DNA of 64,000 bases from Malacoraja senta (GCA_038087875.1 CM075991.1:7070001-7134000); one strand, 5' to 3'. Positions 12,422 to 25,743 are shown, counted from the first letter of the stretch. Numbers and translations: made by a program. Notes: generated from the letters alone by a model not told the origin.

Positions 12422-14439
12422 CAGTTGGAGGCCAAAAGTCTGATCACAGTCCTAATTTCTCCGTGTTATCTCTTGACCACACGGAGACTACCAAGTAATC
12501 GGTTACACGACTGTAGGATGACAAACGATTTCCCAGACAAACATGATTAATTCACAACTCTTCAATCCTTTTGTCTCACACCTTCTGTTTTGATCTCTGC
12601 TCTTTGTCGAACCATCTTCATATCAAAATCCCCCCTCGCCTGTGTTCACCTATGACCTGCCATGTTTTGTCCTGCCCCTCCCGTCCTTCATCTTTCTTTC
12701 CCTACCCCCTCCCTCTACAATCAGTCTGAAGAAGAGTCCCGACCCGAAATGTCACCTCTATCCATGTTCTCCAGAGATGCTGCCTGACCCGCTGAGTTAC
12801 TCCAGCACTTTGTGTCCTTTTATGGTTAATGTGTATTTGTTTCCTGACTCATTAGGAAAGCAAACAAGTAGACTGTACATTAGATGGTGCAATTTCTCAC
12901 AAGGATGTGTGTTGAAGGCCAAATATGTAATTCCAGTCTTGGTGCCTCATTAGTGGGGAAAAAAGCTTTCTGTCAGGCAAGCTGAAAGCTTCATCTTAAG
13001 CATTCCATCCGAACAAATTAATTTGCAGGCACCGGGGAAAGGAAGAGTGCATCAGTAAGCATCAAAATTAAAATCAAATTACATTTTCTGTCGCAAATTG
13101 TCTTGCCACGATCCCTTAAATTCAGTCTGAATCTCGACTGGATCTACGGCAACAGAAAAAAGAAAATCATTTGCATTATGTCAACCATAACAGTCATGAG
13201 GATACTTGAAGGGTTTCAAACGTTACAGGGAGAAGACAGGAGAAGATGAAAGGTTGAGAGGGAAAGATCGACCAACCATGTTTGAATGGCGGTGTGGATT
13301 CGATGGAACGATTGGTCTAATTCAGCTCCTATGACTTATGATACCTTGGACACTCTCTCAATATTTTAGGTCCATTTCAAATGCATTTCCATACCACCTT
13401 CGACAACCAATTGTCTTGTTAAAGGCAAGGAAATACTTTCTTATCTGCAAACTGTTGCAGTTTAACAAGAGAAATCACCCTTGTGTGCTGGAGTCTACAA
13501 GGTGAATGTCGTTTGACCTTGCATAATAATCTTCTCATGACCAATTACTTGCTCAGGCATTTCGGAAAATAGTTCCAAGCCAATCATTTTGCAATGGTTC
13601 TAGGGTCATGTTGCGGCTTTACAACGGATCGTGACATTTTATAGTTTAATGGCCACCATTCATGTCACATTTATTTAATTAAGCAACATTTCCAGATGCC
13701 ACACAGTGAGATTTAAACTTGTGTTCCATAACTAATTAGTCCATCATATTGTTAATCCTGCCTACCAACTACTGAGTACCATGAAGTACTCATTCAAGGA
13801 CAGACACAAAGTGCTGGAGTAACTCAGTGGGTCAGGCAGCATCCCTGGCGAACATGGATAGGTGACGTTTTGGGTTAGGACCCTTCTTCTATCTGATTGC
13901 AGGGATGGGAGGGAAAGAAAGCTCGAAGATTGGAGGGCAGGACGAACATGGCAGGTATTTGTTTTGAAAAGCCAATGTTTGGACAAAGACCAGAGATGAA
14001 CATATGCAAGATTAAGACCAAATGGTTCACCTACTCAATCCATGACTGTTGCCAGCTGACACCACACCTTGGCCCATATCTCCAGGCAAAGACCTGTTTT
14101 TGCTCTGGGTTCTTTTTTTTCCCTTTAAGTTGTCAAATGAATCTGTGGGTTTCTGAAAGTCAATAGACCTTGGCGGATTCCAGCTCAATTTGAATATAAA
14201 CGCTATAACAAAAAAGTAATTTCACTTTATTTCATTTTATGGGATTGCCGGCAGAGAGGTTTTAAGTTATTTCATTCTGAAGCTCGTTGAATGCTAAGTG
14301 TACCTATGCAAGCATAGTCTGTTTATTTCCATCTCTGGGATGTTGAACGGGCTATTGCATTTGCACTCAGGATATCCAAGATCCATTGGCCTTGTGAATG
14401 GTCCCAGGAAATTGCCCCAGAATGGTCATAAGAAATATT

Positions 14440-14920
14440 TAATTTAATTTAATTTAGTTTAGTAATAGTTTAGTTTATTACTGCCCCCAATTATTATTGT
14501 CACATGCACTGGGGTACAGTGAAAAGCTGCTTTGTTGCATGATATCCATCCAGCGAAAAGACCATACACGATTGCAGTCAAACCATCCACACTGTACAGA
14601 TACAGATACAGAATAATGTTTAGTGCAAGATAAAGACCAGTGAAGTCCAACAAGATAGTCCGAGGGTTTCCAATTATGTGGACAATAGGTCAGGACCGCT
14701 CTCTAGTTGGTGATAGGATGGTTCCATTGCTTGATAACATCTGGGCAGAAACTGTCTGTGATTCTGGAGGTGTGCATTTTCACAGTTATCCTGATGGGAT
14801 AGGGAGGAAGACTGTGTGACTGGGGTTAGACTCATCCTTGATTATGTTGGTGGCCTTGCTGAGGAAGCATGAAGTGTACATGGAGTGAATGGAAGGAAGG
14901 TTGGTTTGCCTGGTGGTCAG
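14440..14920 (-). mobile_element. Older Rex1/Babar-like LINE 3' remnant
   Basis: attattgtcac..gtacagtgaaaagct 3' motif; homologous by eye to 58403-58790. Confidence 0.6.
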
Positions 14921-14938
14921 AGCTAAGTCCATTGTTTA

Positions 14939-15583
14939 GTAAGTAAGTAAGTAAGTTTATTGGCCAAGTATTCACATACAAGGAATTTGCCTTGGTGCTC
15001 TGCCCACAAGTAACAACATGACATACAGTGACAGTTACAAATGACTCTGAAAACACTAAACATTAATAATAATAAAACATTAATGATAAAACACCATTGA
15101 TCAAGCATGTGAACCAACAAAATACCAGATCAAAGGGAGGCTACAGATTTTTGGCTGTTGAGTAGAGCAACTACTCGTGGATAAAAACTGTTTTTATGTC
15201 TGGCTGTGGCAGCTTTGACAATCCGGAGACGCCTTCCAGAGGGAAGTGATTCAAAGAGTTTGTGGCCAGGGTGAGAGGGGTCAGAGATGATTTTTCCCGC
15301 TCGCTTCCTGGCCCTTGCAGTGTACAGTTCATCAATGGAGGGAAGGTTGCAGCCAATAAACTTCTCTGCTGATCGGACGATTCGCTGCAGCCTCCAGGTG
15401 TCGTGCTTGGTGGCTGAGCCAAACCAGACCATGATGGAGAAGGTGAGAACAGACTCTACGATGGCCGTGTAGAATTGGACTATCATTGCCTGTGGCAGAT
15501 TGTGCTTTCTCAGCTGCCGTAAGAAGTACATCCTCTGTTGTGCCTTTTTGACTGTGGAGTCGATGGTAGCCCCCCCACTTAAG
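14939..15583 (-). mobile_element. Rex1/Babar-clade LINE 3' fragment (open frame 15130-15531 and upstream)
   Basis: QRMYFLRQLRK..FYTAIVESVLTFSIMVWFG..RLQRIVRSAEK..DPSHPGHKLFESLPSGRR; (ACTT)n tail. Confidence 0.9.
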
Positions 15584-16211
15584 GTGAATATCTTAAAGAT
15601 GTGAATATCTTAAAGATGAGCTGAAATATCTCCACCACTTTGCTCTTCAACCAAAATTTAAATATATTGCTTATACTAAGATAAAATAATGACTTGCACA
15701 GTACAGTAATCTCAGTCCAAGGATGTTATTAGACATTCCACCAGATTCCAGTCCCCTGCTGCATACTCTGATTTATTTTTCAGAATCTCTTCAGTGTGAT
15801 TAATCTCTCTCACTCATGGTGTGTTGACAGAATACCAATCGACATGACAGAATTTGGATAGTTTCAGTTTAGTTTGTGATGAATTAAATGGCAGGTTTCC
15901 AGTGCAGGCTATTATTAAAATTCCAGTCATGCGACCTATAGACATTTGTGTTCTTGATGTACCAGGGACTAGTCTTATCCATGGAGAAACCTGCTACTTT
16001 TGTCGCTGTTTCTCCCCTGCAAGTAAGCAGTAGAGCACAAGGACATACTCAGGTGCAAATCTATGTCACAATGTCTCATGCCTGCTGTGTCATTCAACTA
16101 GATGGTAGGAGATCTGAACTCCACCACTTGCATAGATTCCAAACATCCAGCAACCACAGAGAATTAATCACCTTCTGCGTTGAGAATTGACAATCCTCGA
16201 AAGAAATTTGA

Positions 16212-16521
16212 GGCAGCACGGTAGCGCAGCGATAGAGTTGCTGCCTTACAGCGGCAGAGACCCGGGTTCGATCCTGACCACTGGTGCCGTCTGTACGGAG
16301 TTTGCCCGTTCTCTCCCGTGAACTGCGTGGGTTTTCTCCGGGTGCTCCGGACTCCTCCCACATTGCAAAGACGTACAGATTTGAAGGTTAATTGGCTTCG
16401 GTAAAATTGTCAATTGTCCCTAGTGTGTTGGATAGTGTTAGCGTGCGGGGGATCGCTGGTTGGCGCGGACTCGGTGGGCTGAAGGGCCTGTTTCCGCGCA
16501 GTTCCTCTAAACTAAACTAAA
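16212..16521 (+). mobile_element. HE1-like V-SINE, full length
   Basis: Pol III A box (tagcgcagcga) and B box (ggttcgatcc), V-domain, CR1-like 3' end, (TAAAC)n tail. Confidence 0.9.
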
Positions 16522-16618
16522 TTGCACCTGACTTTTCAGAAATGTCTGAGCCCTTGTCATGGTACATGCCTCCTTGGTTTGTAATGAACATGCAATGGAA
16601 ACAACTATTTTACATTCC

Positions 16619-17010
16619 GAAGATAGACACAAAAAGCTGGATTAACCTCAGACAGTATCTGTGGAGAATAGGAATAGGGGATGTTTTGGGTCGAGACCCT
16701 TCTTCAGACTGAGAGTCAGGGGAGAGGGAAACGAGTGATATGAAAAGGTACATAGCACAAATGAATGAAAGGTATGCAAGAGGACAAATCAAAGCCAGTA
16801 AAGATGATCAAAGAAAGATGGAGCCCACAATGGTCCATTGTTGGCTGTGGGGAACATGATGACAAGTGATAGAAACAGTGAATCTCAGCAGGATCACAGT
16901 GAAAGTAGTACAACTATTCCTTTCCTCCAGAGATGCTGCCTGACCCTCTGAGTTACTCCAGCTTTTTGTGTCTATCTTCAGTGTAAACCAGCATCTGCAG
17001 TTCCTTCCTA
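16619..17010. mobile_element. Penelope-like 3' UTR and terminal repeat with inverted tail
   Basis: agatagacac..gagacccttcttcagactgagagtcagggg..ggagcccacaatggtccattgttggctgtgg, then an inverted tail at 16915-17010. Confidence 0.7.
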
Positions 17011-17027
17011 CATATTTTTCATTCTAC

Positions 17028-17284
17028 TTGAGATGAAGAAGCATTTCTTTAGCCAGAGGATGGTGAATCTGTGGAATTCACTGCCACAGATGGCTGTGGC
17101 GGCCAAGTCATTGGGTATTTTTAAAGCAGAGATTGATAAATTCTTGATTAGTAAGAGTGTCAAAGGTTATGGGGAGAAAGCAGGAGATAGGTGTTTAGAA
17201 GGAAAAATAGATCAGACATGATTGAATGGTGGAGTAAAATTGATGGGCTGAATGGCCTTAATCCTGCTCCTAATGGTCTTATGG
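17028..17284 (+). mobile_element. CR1 LINE 3' end
   Basis: MKKHFFSQRMVNLWNSLPQ..FKAEIDKFLI..GYGEKAG. Confidence 0.85.
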
Positions 17285-17295
17285 TAGTGATATTG

Positions 17296-17870
17296 GTTTT
17301 ATTATTGTGTCACATATACTGAGATACATTAAAACAATGTTGTTTTATGTACTATCTTGGCAAAGCATACAGTTTCTCCAGCATTTTTGTCCACCTAGTA
17401 CTATACATGAGCACACTGGGAGTACAAAAGAGAAAGGAAATGGATTGCAGAATATTGTGATACAACAGCAGAGAAAATACAGATAAAGGAAATGCAAGGA
17501 CCGCTCACTATAAGATAGATGGGTGATTGGGTTCACATCCAATAAATTAGAGAGGTCCGTTCAAGAGTCTGATAACAGGGGGAAAGAAGCTCTTTCTGAA
17601 TCCCGTGAGGTGGGCTATCAACCTTTTGTGTCACCTGCCTGACGAGAGAGGGAAGAAGAGAGATGACTGGGATCTTGACGGTCCTTGATTATGTTGGCTG
17701 GTTTTCCGAGGCGTTGGGCCGATGGTGAGGGAGGCTGGCCTTCATGATGGACTGAGCTGCATCCACAACTCTCTGAAGTCTCGTACGGTATTGGACAGGG
17801 CAGGCAGTTGCCACACCAAGCTGTGATGTGTTTGGATCGGATGCTTTTGATCGTTCATCTGTCGAAACTG
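17296..17870 (-). mobile_element. Decayed Rex1/Babar-like LINE remnant
   Basis: RLQRVVDAAQSI in ORF 17689-17910; tttattattgtgtcac 3' motif. Confidence 0.55.
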
Positions 17871-18094
17871 GAGACAAGACGAATTTCCCGAGTCGCTCTC
17901 CCTGATACACTCCCTCTGAGTCTTCCTAGCGACATTAAGCATACCCTCCAGAGATTCGGAGACTAGAATTGTACACAGTGTTCCAGATTGTAATATGTTG
18001 AAAACCTGCTCAATTGCAGTGACATTCCCTCCACCACCAGCCACACTTCAAAAGCATGTCATTGACTGTAAAGCACTTTGTTATGGGTCTCTGT

Positions 18095-18274
18095 CACTCT
18101 CTCTCACCCAATGTACCCTAACCTTTTGGATCAGTCTCTTATGAAAGACTTTGTCAAATGCCTCACAAAGGCCCATGCCTACAACATCCATGGTGCTACC
18201 CACATCAATCATCTTTATTGCCTTCTTAAAAAAGTTTGTATGACATAACCTGACCCCGCAAAGCCATGCTAACC
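18095..18274 (-). mobile_element. Decayed CR1 reverse-transcriptase fragment
   Basis: CHTNFF..IDVGSTMDVV..EAFDKVFHKRLIQKV resembles the CR1 DFSKAFDKV motif. Confidence 0.65.
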
Positions 18275-18283
18275 ATGCATACT

Positions 18284-18557
18284 GTCGTTGTGTCCTTGGG
18301 CAAGACACCACCCACCTTTGCCTGCGTGTGAATGTGTGTGAATGTGTGTGAATGTGTGTGAGTGACTGGTGGTGGTCGGAGGGGCCATAGGCGCAAATTA
18401 GCAGCCACGCTTCCGTCAGTCTGCCCCAGGGCAGCTGTGGCTGCAGAAGTAGCTCACCACCACCGAGTGTGACTGAGGAGTGAATGAATAATGCGATGTA
18501 AAGCGCCTTGAGTATTAGAAAGGCGCTATATAAATCCCATCCATTATTATTATTATT
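18284..18557 (+). mobile_element. 5'-truncated CORE-type SINE with L2-derived tail (teleost AFC-like)
   Basis: gtgtccttgggcaagacac CORE-like motif; gtcagtctgccccagggcagctgtggct; tail tgtaaagcgccttgag..aggcgctatataaat(ATT)n; TSD atgc(a/c)tact at 18275-18283 and 18558-18566. Confidence 0.75.
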
Positions 18558-18568
18558 ATGCCTACTAA

Positions 18569-18898
18569 TAGCCCTGTCCCACGGTGCGAGTTCATTCTAA
18601 GAGCTCTCCCGAGTAAAAAAAAAATCTAACTCGTGGTAAGCATGGAGAATGAACGTAGCGGGTACGTCGGAGCTCGAGGATGTCGCTTAGCGGCTCGTAA
18701 CGCTAACGGCAGGCACTCGGGAAGACTCGCTAAAGGCAGGTAAGCACGGGAAGATTCGTGAAGATTTTTCAACACGATGAAAAATGTCCACGAGAGCCCC
18801 GAGTACCGACGAGTGGCCATTACCGTAAATCTCCGAGTTCGAATCAGGGCAAACTCGGGAGAGCTCTTGGAATGAACTCGCACCGTGGGACAGGGCTT
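18569..18898. mobile_element. PIF/Harbinger-like MITE 3
   Basis: TAA|.agccctgtcccacggtgcgagttcattc..gagctctcccgagt with an inverted match of about 45 bp at the right end, then |TAA. Confidence 0.85.
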
Positions 18899-19577
18899 TA
18901 AATAAGGGAAGTGGCATCCCGGCTAAGGATAAATGAATAAAGGAAGTGCTGTGATGAGTTTTGACTGGACTCCAGGAAGAAATACAGTGCAAAATCTTGA
19001 AGATTCTCAATGACATCATCTTGATTCAGAAGATGCATCTCGACCCGAAACGTCACCTGTCCATGTTCTCCAGGGATGCTGCCTGACTCGCTGAGCTACC
19101 CCAGCATTTTGTCTCCTCATGATTTGGGGAATATCCCTGAGGTTCTCTGAGTTAGAGCAAACTTCTTTGTTGGCCTCACAGCTGAATGTGAAAACCTGGT
19201 TGCACCGTTGTGGAACTTCATTCAGCGTTGATGCTGTTGAACTTTTGCTAACTCTGACGCTAATGGGATAATCGCACTCAATAAAACAGCATGAATAACT
19301 GGTTACTCTGAACGCAGCTGAATGCAAAACCAATTGGATGTGAAATTCAAACTGATGTTTGATGCATGTTAACTTGATCTCCTGCTACTTTGCATGTGGG
19401 TTGAGGAACTCATTGAGAATGAGACTGTATCTGACGGGCAGAACTATAGGTGACATATTGGCCCACAACTTAAGGAAATGCAGCCAGCATTACTACAAAT
19501 TCCAATTACTGGGTCAAATTGATTTTCTTTAATCCACAGCAATGCAAAATTATTCCTTCTGGAAGTGCATAGAGCTT

Positions 19578-20107
19578 TAGAAATATAGAAACATATAAAA
19601 ATATAGAAACATAGAAAATAGGTGCAGGAGTAGGCCATTCGGCCCTTCGAGCCATTCAATATGAACATGGCTGATCATCCTAATCACCGTTCCTGCTTTC
19701 TCCCCATATCCCTTGATTCCGTTAGCCCAAAGAGCTATATCTAACTCTCTCTTGAAAGCATCCAGTGAATTGGCCTCCACTGCCTTCTGTGGCAGCGAAT
19801 TCCACAGATTCGCAACTCTCTGGGTGAAAAAGCTTTTCCTCATCTCAGTTCTAAATGGCCTACCCCTTATTCTTAAACTGTGACCCCTGGTTCTGGACTC
19901 CCCCAACATTGGGAACATTTTTTCCTGTATCTAGCCTGTTCAATCCCTTCAGAATATTATATGTTTCTATTAGATACCCTCTCATCCTTCTAAATTCCAG
20001 TGAATATAAGCCCAGTCGAGCCATTCTTTCATCATATGTCAGCCCCTCCATCCCGGGAATTAACCTGGTGAACCTACGCTGCATTCCCTCAATAGCAAGA
20101 ATGTCCT
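19578..20107 (-). mobile_element. CR1 LINE 3' fragment (frameshifted)
   Basis: [19 protein letters not shown]..; SRTRGHSLRIRGRPFRTEMRK; tagaaaca-type tail. Confidence 0.9.
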
Positions 20108-20388
20108 TTATAGCATAGTAACGGGCCATTTGCCCGAAATAGTTTCTGCCTGTGTTTATGCTACAGATAATGCCCCCACCAAACATTTCCTCATCTGAGC
20201 AAACCTTCCTTCATCATTCATAGCACTGAAAGAACGAGGTGGGTCGAGCAACATTTGTGGCAGTGGGTGGGTGGGGGGGGGGGGGGGGTAGGTGTAAGTC
20301 GACATTTCGGGTGGTGACCCTGCATCAGGACTGAGAGGGAAGTCGAAAGATTGCCAGTATACGGAATTAAATATTAAGAGTATATTTG

Positions 20389-20590
20389 GGGCGGCACGGT
20401 GGCGCAGCGGTAGAGTTGCTGCCTTACAGCTCCAGGGACCTGGGTTCGATCCCAACCACGATTGCTGTCTGAATGTAGTTGTGACTGCGTGGGTTTTCTC
20501 TTGGTGCTGCGGTTTCCTCCCAAAGATGTACAGGCTTGTAGGTTGATAGGCTTCGGTAAAATTTTAAATGATCCCTTGTGGGTAGGATGG
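20389..20590 (+). mobile_element. HE1-like SINE (internally deleted)
   Basis: ggcggcacggtggcgcagcggtagagttgctgcc..gggttcgatcc. Confidence 0.8.
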
Positions 20591-21067
20591 ATTTTGGTCG
20601 AGTCGGTCTGAAGAAGGGTCTCAAACTGAAACGTCACCCATTCCTTCTCTCCAGAGATGCTGCCTGTCCTGCTGAGTTACTCCAGCTTTTTGTGTCTATC
20701 TCAGGTTGACTTACATGTTTTGCCTCCACAGATGCTGCTTGATCCACTGAGTTCTTCCAACATACTGTCCTTTGATTCCAGATTCCAGCATCCGCCGTTA
20801 CTTCTCCTTCCGAATGTCTTTATTTCTTTCCACAGGGAATCACCAAAATGTAATCATTCCCATGTATGTAGGTGCTATCTTTATGTGGCTTGCATCATTT
20901 GTGAGTTCCTTCTGTCAGTAGATAGCGAATAGAGTCCAGTACCAATGCTCAGTCTTTCTAGCATTACACTTGGAAATTACATTTCTGATCCTGTGCCAAT
21001 TTGATCTATGATTCCTTTCATTTCAAAGAGCATTCTTGACATGGACTTGAAGTATGTTTTTGATTGA

Positions 21068-21514
21068 TTGAAAGATACAACGCAGAAACAGGCCCTTTGG
21101 CCCATTGAGTCCATGTCGACAATCCATCACCCGTTCACTCTAGCTCTGCATTATACCCTTTTTGCATCCACTCGGTCCATTTACACTGTAAACGGATCGA
21201 TTGTAATCATGCATTGTCTTTCTGCTGACTGGTTAGCATGCAACAAAAGCGTCTCACCGCAGCGGTACACTCGTGACAATAAACTAAACAGAAACTGAAA
21301 CTGAACGGAAACTGAAAGCGAAACTCCCTGCACACTAGGGGCAATTTACAGAGGCCAATTAACCTACAAACCTGCACATCTTTGGGGTGTGGAACGCATA
21401 CAGTCACAGGGAGACCGTTCAGACTCCACACACACACACACACATCATCCAGAGGTCAGGATCAAGCTGGGTCTTCGGTGTTGGTAGTGGCTTTACCAAC
21501 TGTGTTACTGTGCC
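21068..21514 (-). mobile_element. Decayed HE1-like SINE containing a Rex-like tail insertion
   Basis: aaacaggccctttggccca..gccaattaacctacaaacctgcac; insertion at about 21180-21315 ending gtgacaataaac. Confidence 0.6.
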
Positions 21515-22135
21515 AAACAATATTGCAATATGATTTTGATAACTTTTGAAAAAGAATTTAAACTTCTAAAAGTACTTTTACGCGTTTAAATTATTTACAG
21601 CATGTCTCATGGTGTAATAAATTGCTCTGGATGTCACAGATGTTTAAGAAAACTGTTTTTAAAAGAAAATTGCCTCTGGCTTCTTTGATGGGAGAGAAAG
21701 CTTTTGAGAAGAGAGACGAGACCAAGTGTGGACTTGGCATCCGTTTCGCCAAACACGTGCGCAGTACCCCCAACGTTACCGGATCTCCTGGTTGCTAACC
21801 CATTTTAACTCCCCCTCCTGTTCCCGCACTGACCATACTATCCTGGCCTCATCCATTGCCAGGCACAAACTGGAGGAACAGCATCTCATATTCTGCTCAG
21901 GTAGCTTATAACACATTGGTATGAACATTGAATTCAACTATTTTAGGCAGCCTCGAACACCTGCCCCCACCACCCCCCTCCCCTTTCTCCCCCACACACA
22001 CCTTTTCCCCGCCCTCCTTCCCCGTTCCCCACCTAAACATGCAGCGATTTCTCCCCCCACCCTCCCCTCCACCTACATTGCTATACAATGCACAACTCTT
22101 CAATCCTTTTGTCTCATACCTTTCTTCGTCTCTGG

Positions 22136-22785
22136 GTGGCACAGTGTCGCACAGCGGTAGAGTTGCCAGGGACGCGGGTTCGATTCTGACCGCTGGTGCT
22201 GTCTGGACGGAGTTTGCACATTCTCCCTGTGAATGCGTGGGATTTCCCCGGGTGCTCTGGTTTCCTCCCACATTCCAAAGACGTGCGGGTTTCTAGGTTA
22301 ATTGGCCTTTGTAAACTGTCAATAAACAATATACAATAGACAATAGGTGCAGGAGTAGGCCATTCGGCCCTTCGAGCCAGCACCGCCATTCAATGTGATC
22401 ATGGCTGATCAACCCCAATCAGTACCCCATTCCTGCCTTCTCCCCATATTCCCTGACTCCGCTATTTTTAAGAGCCCTATCTAGCTCTCTCTTGAAAGCA
22501 TCCAGAGAACCTGCCTCCACCGCCCTCTGAGGCAGAGAATTCCACAGACTCAGCACTCTCTGTGAGAAAAAGTGTTTCCTCGTCTCCATTCTAAATGGAT
22601 TACTCCTTATTCTTTAACTGTGGCCCCTGGTTCTGGACTCCCCCAACATCGGGAACATGTTTCCTGCCTCTAGCGTGTCCAAGCCCTTAACAATTTTAGT
22701 CCTAGTGTGTACGATAGTGTTAGTGTACGGGGATCACTGGTTGTCGCAGACTCGCTGGGCATGGCCCGTTTCCACTAAACTAAAC
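22136..22785 (+). mobile_element. HE1-like SINE split by a CR1 insertion
   Basis: head at 22136-22320, tail at 22698-22785; short flanking repeat ctctgg. Confidence 0.8.
22318..22697 (-). mobile_element. CR1 LINE 3' fragment
   Basis: (CAATAGA)n-type tail and close similarity to 362-920 and 10614-10840. Confidence 0.9.
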
Positions 22786-23472
22786 TCTGGCCTTTGTCCA
22801 ATCAATTGCCTGACAAAAGCCCCCCTCACTGTGTTCACCTATTACATGCTATACTTTATCCTGCCCTCCTCTCTTCAAGCTTTCTTCCCCACACCCGCAC
22901 CACATCCTCTGGACACCTGTTGCGTTAAGTGTCTCTCCCACCCTGATATCTGTCCTTCGATTCCCACATTTTTCCAGTTAAGCTCAACAGGATCTTAAGG
23001 AACACCTTGGCTTTCTTCCGCCCCACCCCAACCCTCCCCTACAATCAATCTGAAGAAGGGTCCCAACATCACCTATCCATGTTCTCCAGGGATGCTGCCT
23101 CGCCCACTGAGTTACTCCAGCGCTTTGAATCTTTTCATTTTTTGAGAATAGAGGCCTTTCTTTCCCTGGAAGGTGGAAATGGGTTTTGGGGCAGTGTGTA
23201 CATCTAAGAAAGACACAAAAATGTTGAAGTAACTCATTGGGACTGGTCTGAAGAAGGGTTTCCACCCGAAACGTCATCCTTTCCTTCTCACCAGAGATGC
23301 TGCCAATCTACCAGCATCTGCAGTTCTTTCTTACACATGCTGCCTATCCCGCTGAGTTACTATAGCAGTCTGTGTCCAATTCCATCTGCAGTTCCTTCCT
23401 ACACAGTATGTACATCGGACAGGCTGGGTTCAGCAGTATATGTCTGAGTATTTCAGATCATCAACCTGAAGC

Positions 23473-24452
23473 ATACATAGAAACATAGACATAGAAACAT
23501 AGAAAATAGGTGCAGGAGGAGGCCATTCGGCCCTTTGAGCCAGCACCGCCATTAATTGTGATCATGGCTGATCGTCCCCAATCAATAACCCGTGCCTGCC
23601 TTCTCCCCATATCCCATGACTCCACTAGCCCCTAGAGCTCTATCTAACTCTCTCTTAAATCCATTCAGTGACTTGGCGTCCACTGCCCTCTGTGGCAGGG
23701 AATTCCATAAATTCACAACTCTCTGGGTGAAAACGTTTTTTCTCACCTCAGTCTTAAATGACCTCCCCTTTATTCTAAGACTGTGGCCCCTGGTTCTGGA
23801 CTCACCCCACATTGGGAACATTTTTTCCTGCATCTAGCTTGTCCAGTCCTTTTATAATTTTATATGTTTCTATAAGATCCCCCCTCATCCTTCTAAACTC
23901 CAGTGAATACAAGCCTAGTCTTTTCAATCTTTCCTCATACGACAGGGATCAATCTCGTGAACCTTCGCTGCACTGCCTCAATCACAAGGATGTCCTTCCT
24001 CAAATTAGGAGACCAAAACTGTACACAATACTCCAGATGTGGTCTCACCAGAGCCCTATACAACTGCAGAAGTTCCTCTTTACTCCTATACTGAAATCCT
24101 CTTGTTATGAAGGCCAACGTTCCATTAGCTTTCAAGAAGGAACTGCAGATGCTGGAAAATCGAAGGTACACAAAAATGCTGGAGAAACTCAGCGGGTGCA
24201 GCAACATCTATGGAGCGAAGGAAATAGGCAACGTTTCGGGCCGAAACATTGCCTATTTCCTTCGCTCCATAGATGCTGCTGCACCCGCTGATTTTCTCCA
24301 GCATTTTGTGTATGTTCCATTTGCTTTCTTCACTGCCTGCTGTACCGGTAAGCCAACTTTCAGTGACCGGTGTACAAGGACGCCCAGTTCTCGCTGCACC
24401 TCCCCCTTACTTAACCTAACCCCATTGAGATAATAATCTTCCCCCTTGTTTT
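23473..24452 (-). mobile_element. CR1 LINE fragment interrupted by a Penelope fold-back
   Basis: KANGTLAFITRG..LYRALVRPHLEYCVQFWSP; (CATAGAAA)n tail. Confidence 0.9.
24134..24313. mobile_element. Fold-back Penelope mini-element (subfamily B)
   Basis: 15-bp TSD gttccatt(a/t)gctttc at 24119-24133 and 24314-24328, duplicating CR1 coding sequence. Confidence 0.9.
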
Positions 24453-24900
24453 TTCCTCTACAGATATTCCTCTACATACATTCTTCTTCTACAGGTGCCA
24501 CCCGATTTGCTGGGTATCCACACCATGTTCAGTTTCTATTTTCTGTTTCCAAAACCTGTCGTATTTTTGAACAGCACGTTTTATGCGAGATGAAGGCTGA
24601 CACACAGGATAGCTGAATGATGTCCTTTTCATGTGAATGATCCTTTCACACGTCAACTACAACCACAGCCACTTCAACTTATACAGGAAAAAGCACTTGC
24701 CAATCAGTTCACCAAGATGTAAGAACAAGAATAAGAATTTGATACAGGAATCGAGGATACAGTTGTGTAGTAACTGGATCTACTACCCTGACATTTAGAT
24801 TGATAATTTCGAGATGAGTTCAAATCACACCATGGCAGTCAGTGAATTTAAATTCAGCTAATTTAATACGGCTCTCAAATGAATAAGCCAGTATTTGTAT

Positions 24901-25225
24901 GAGTCACAGAGTCATTCGGCCTAACTTGCCCACGCTGACCAACATGCCCCATCTACACTAGACCCACCTGCCTGCGTTTGACCCATATCCCTCTAAACCA
25001 ATCCTATCTATGCACTTGTCCAAATGTTTTTTAAATGTTCTGATTGTCCCTGCCTCAACTGCGTCCTCCGGCAGCTCGTCCCATATACCTATCACCCTAT
25101 GTGTAAAAAAAAAGTTGCCCTGCAGGTTCCGATTAAATCTTTTCTCCCTCACGTTAAACCTATGTCCTCTGGATTTTGATTTTCCTACTGGGTTAAGGAC
25201 TCTGCACATTTACCCTATCTATTAC
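24901..25225 (-). mobile_element. CR1 LINE 3' end, second subfamily
   Basis: KSRGHRFNVREKRFNRNLQGNFF..WDELPEDAVEAG..FKKHLD; same subfamily as 50551-50974. Confidence 0.8.
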
Positions 25226-25321
25226 TCTCATGGTCATGAAACTAGCACAATCATACCTGTAGAATGTACAAGATTTTACTGAATTGTATCCAAACGTAGA
25301 ATATCACTGTATCTAGGTACT

Positions 25322-25608
25322 TTAGACTTCACTATAAACTTTAGAAATACAGTGCGGACACAGGACCTTTGGCCCACCCAGTCCACGCTGACGAGTGATC
25401 ACCTTGTATACTAACCAATTTTACAACTTACCAAAGCCAATTAACCTACAAACCTGTACATCTTTGGAGAGTGGGCGGAAACCGGAGCACCTGGAGAAAA
25501 CCCACGCGGTCACAGGGAGAACATTCAAAGTCCATACAGACAGCACCCGTAGTCAGGATCGTACTCGGGGCTCTGGTGCTGTGAGGCAGCAACTCTACCG
25601 TTGTGCTG
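25322..25608 (-). mobile_element. HE1-like SINE
   Basis: ccaattaacctacaaacctgtac..gacagcacccgtagtcaggatcg..gcagcaactctaccg. Confidence 0.85.
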
Positions 25609-25743
25609 TCTCGTATCTGTGACAATAGAGTACCATTGAATTGAACCATTGGTTCTATGCTGTACGCTTCTTTGTAAAACACTGGCCATTTTCTTTCTAA
25701 TTGTCAGGGCTAGTGAGAGAAAGTCCAGCATCACCTTGAGCAT

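Larger units (their letters stand above)
21719..23130 (+). mobile_element. Decayed Penelope-like element (GIY-YIG end to terminal repeat) hosting a SINE and a CR1
   Basis: HFNSPS..KLEEQHLIFCSGSL in ORF 21726-21911; resumes after the SINE at 22786 and ends in ctgaagaagggtccc..gagttactccagc. Confidence 0.7.

Noticed and set aside
16212..16285. tRNA gene
   Set aside because: The A and B boxes belong to a SINE head followed by V-domain and LINE-like tail; no complete cloverleaf seen.
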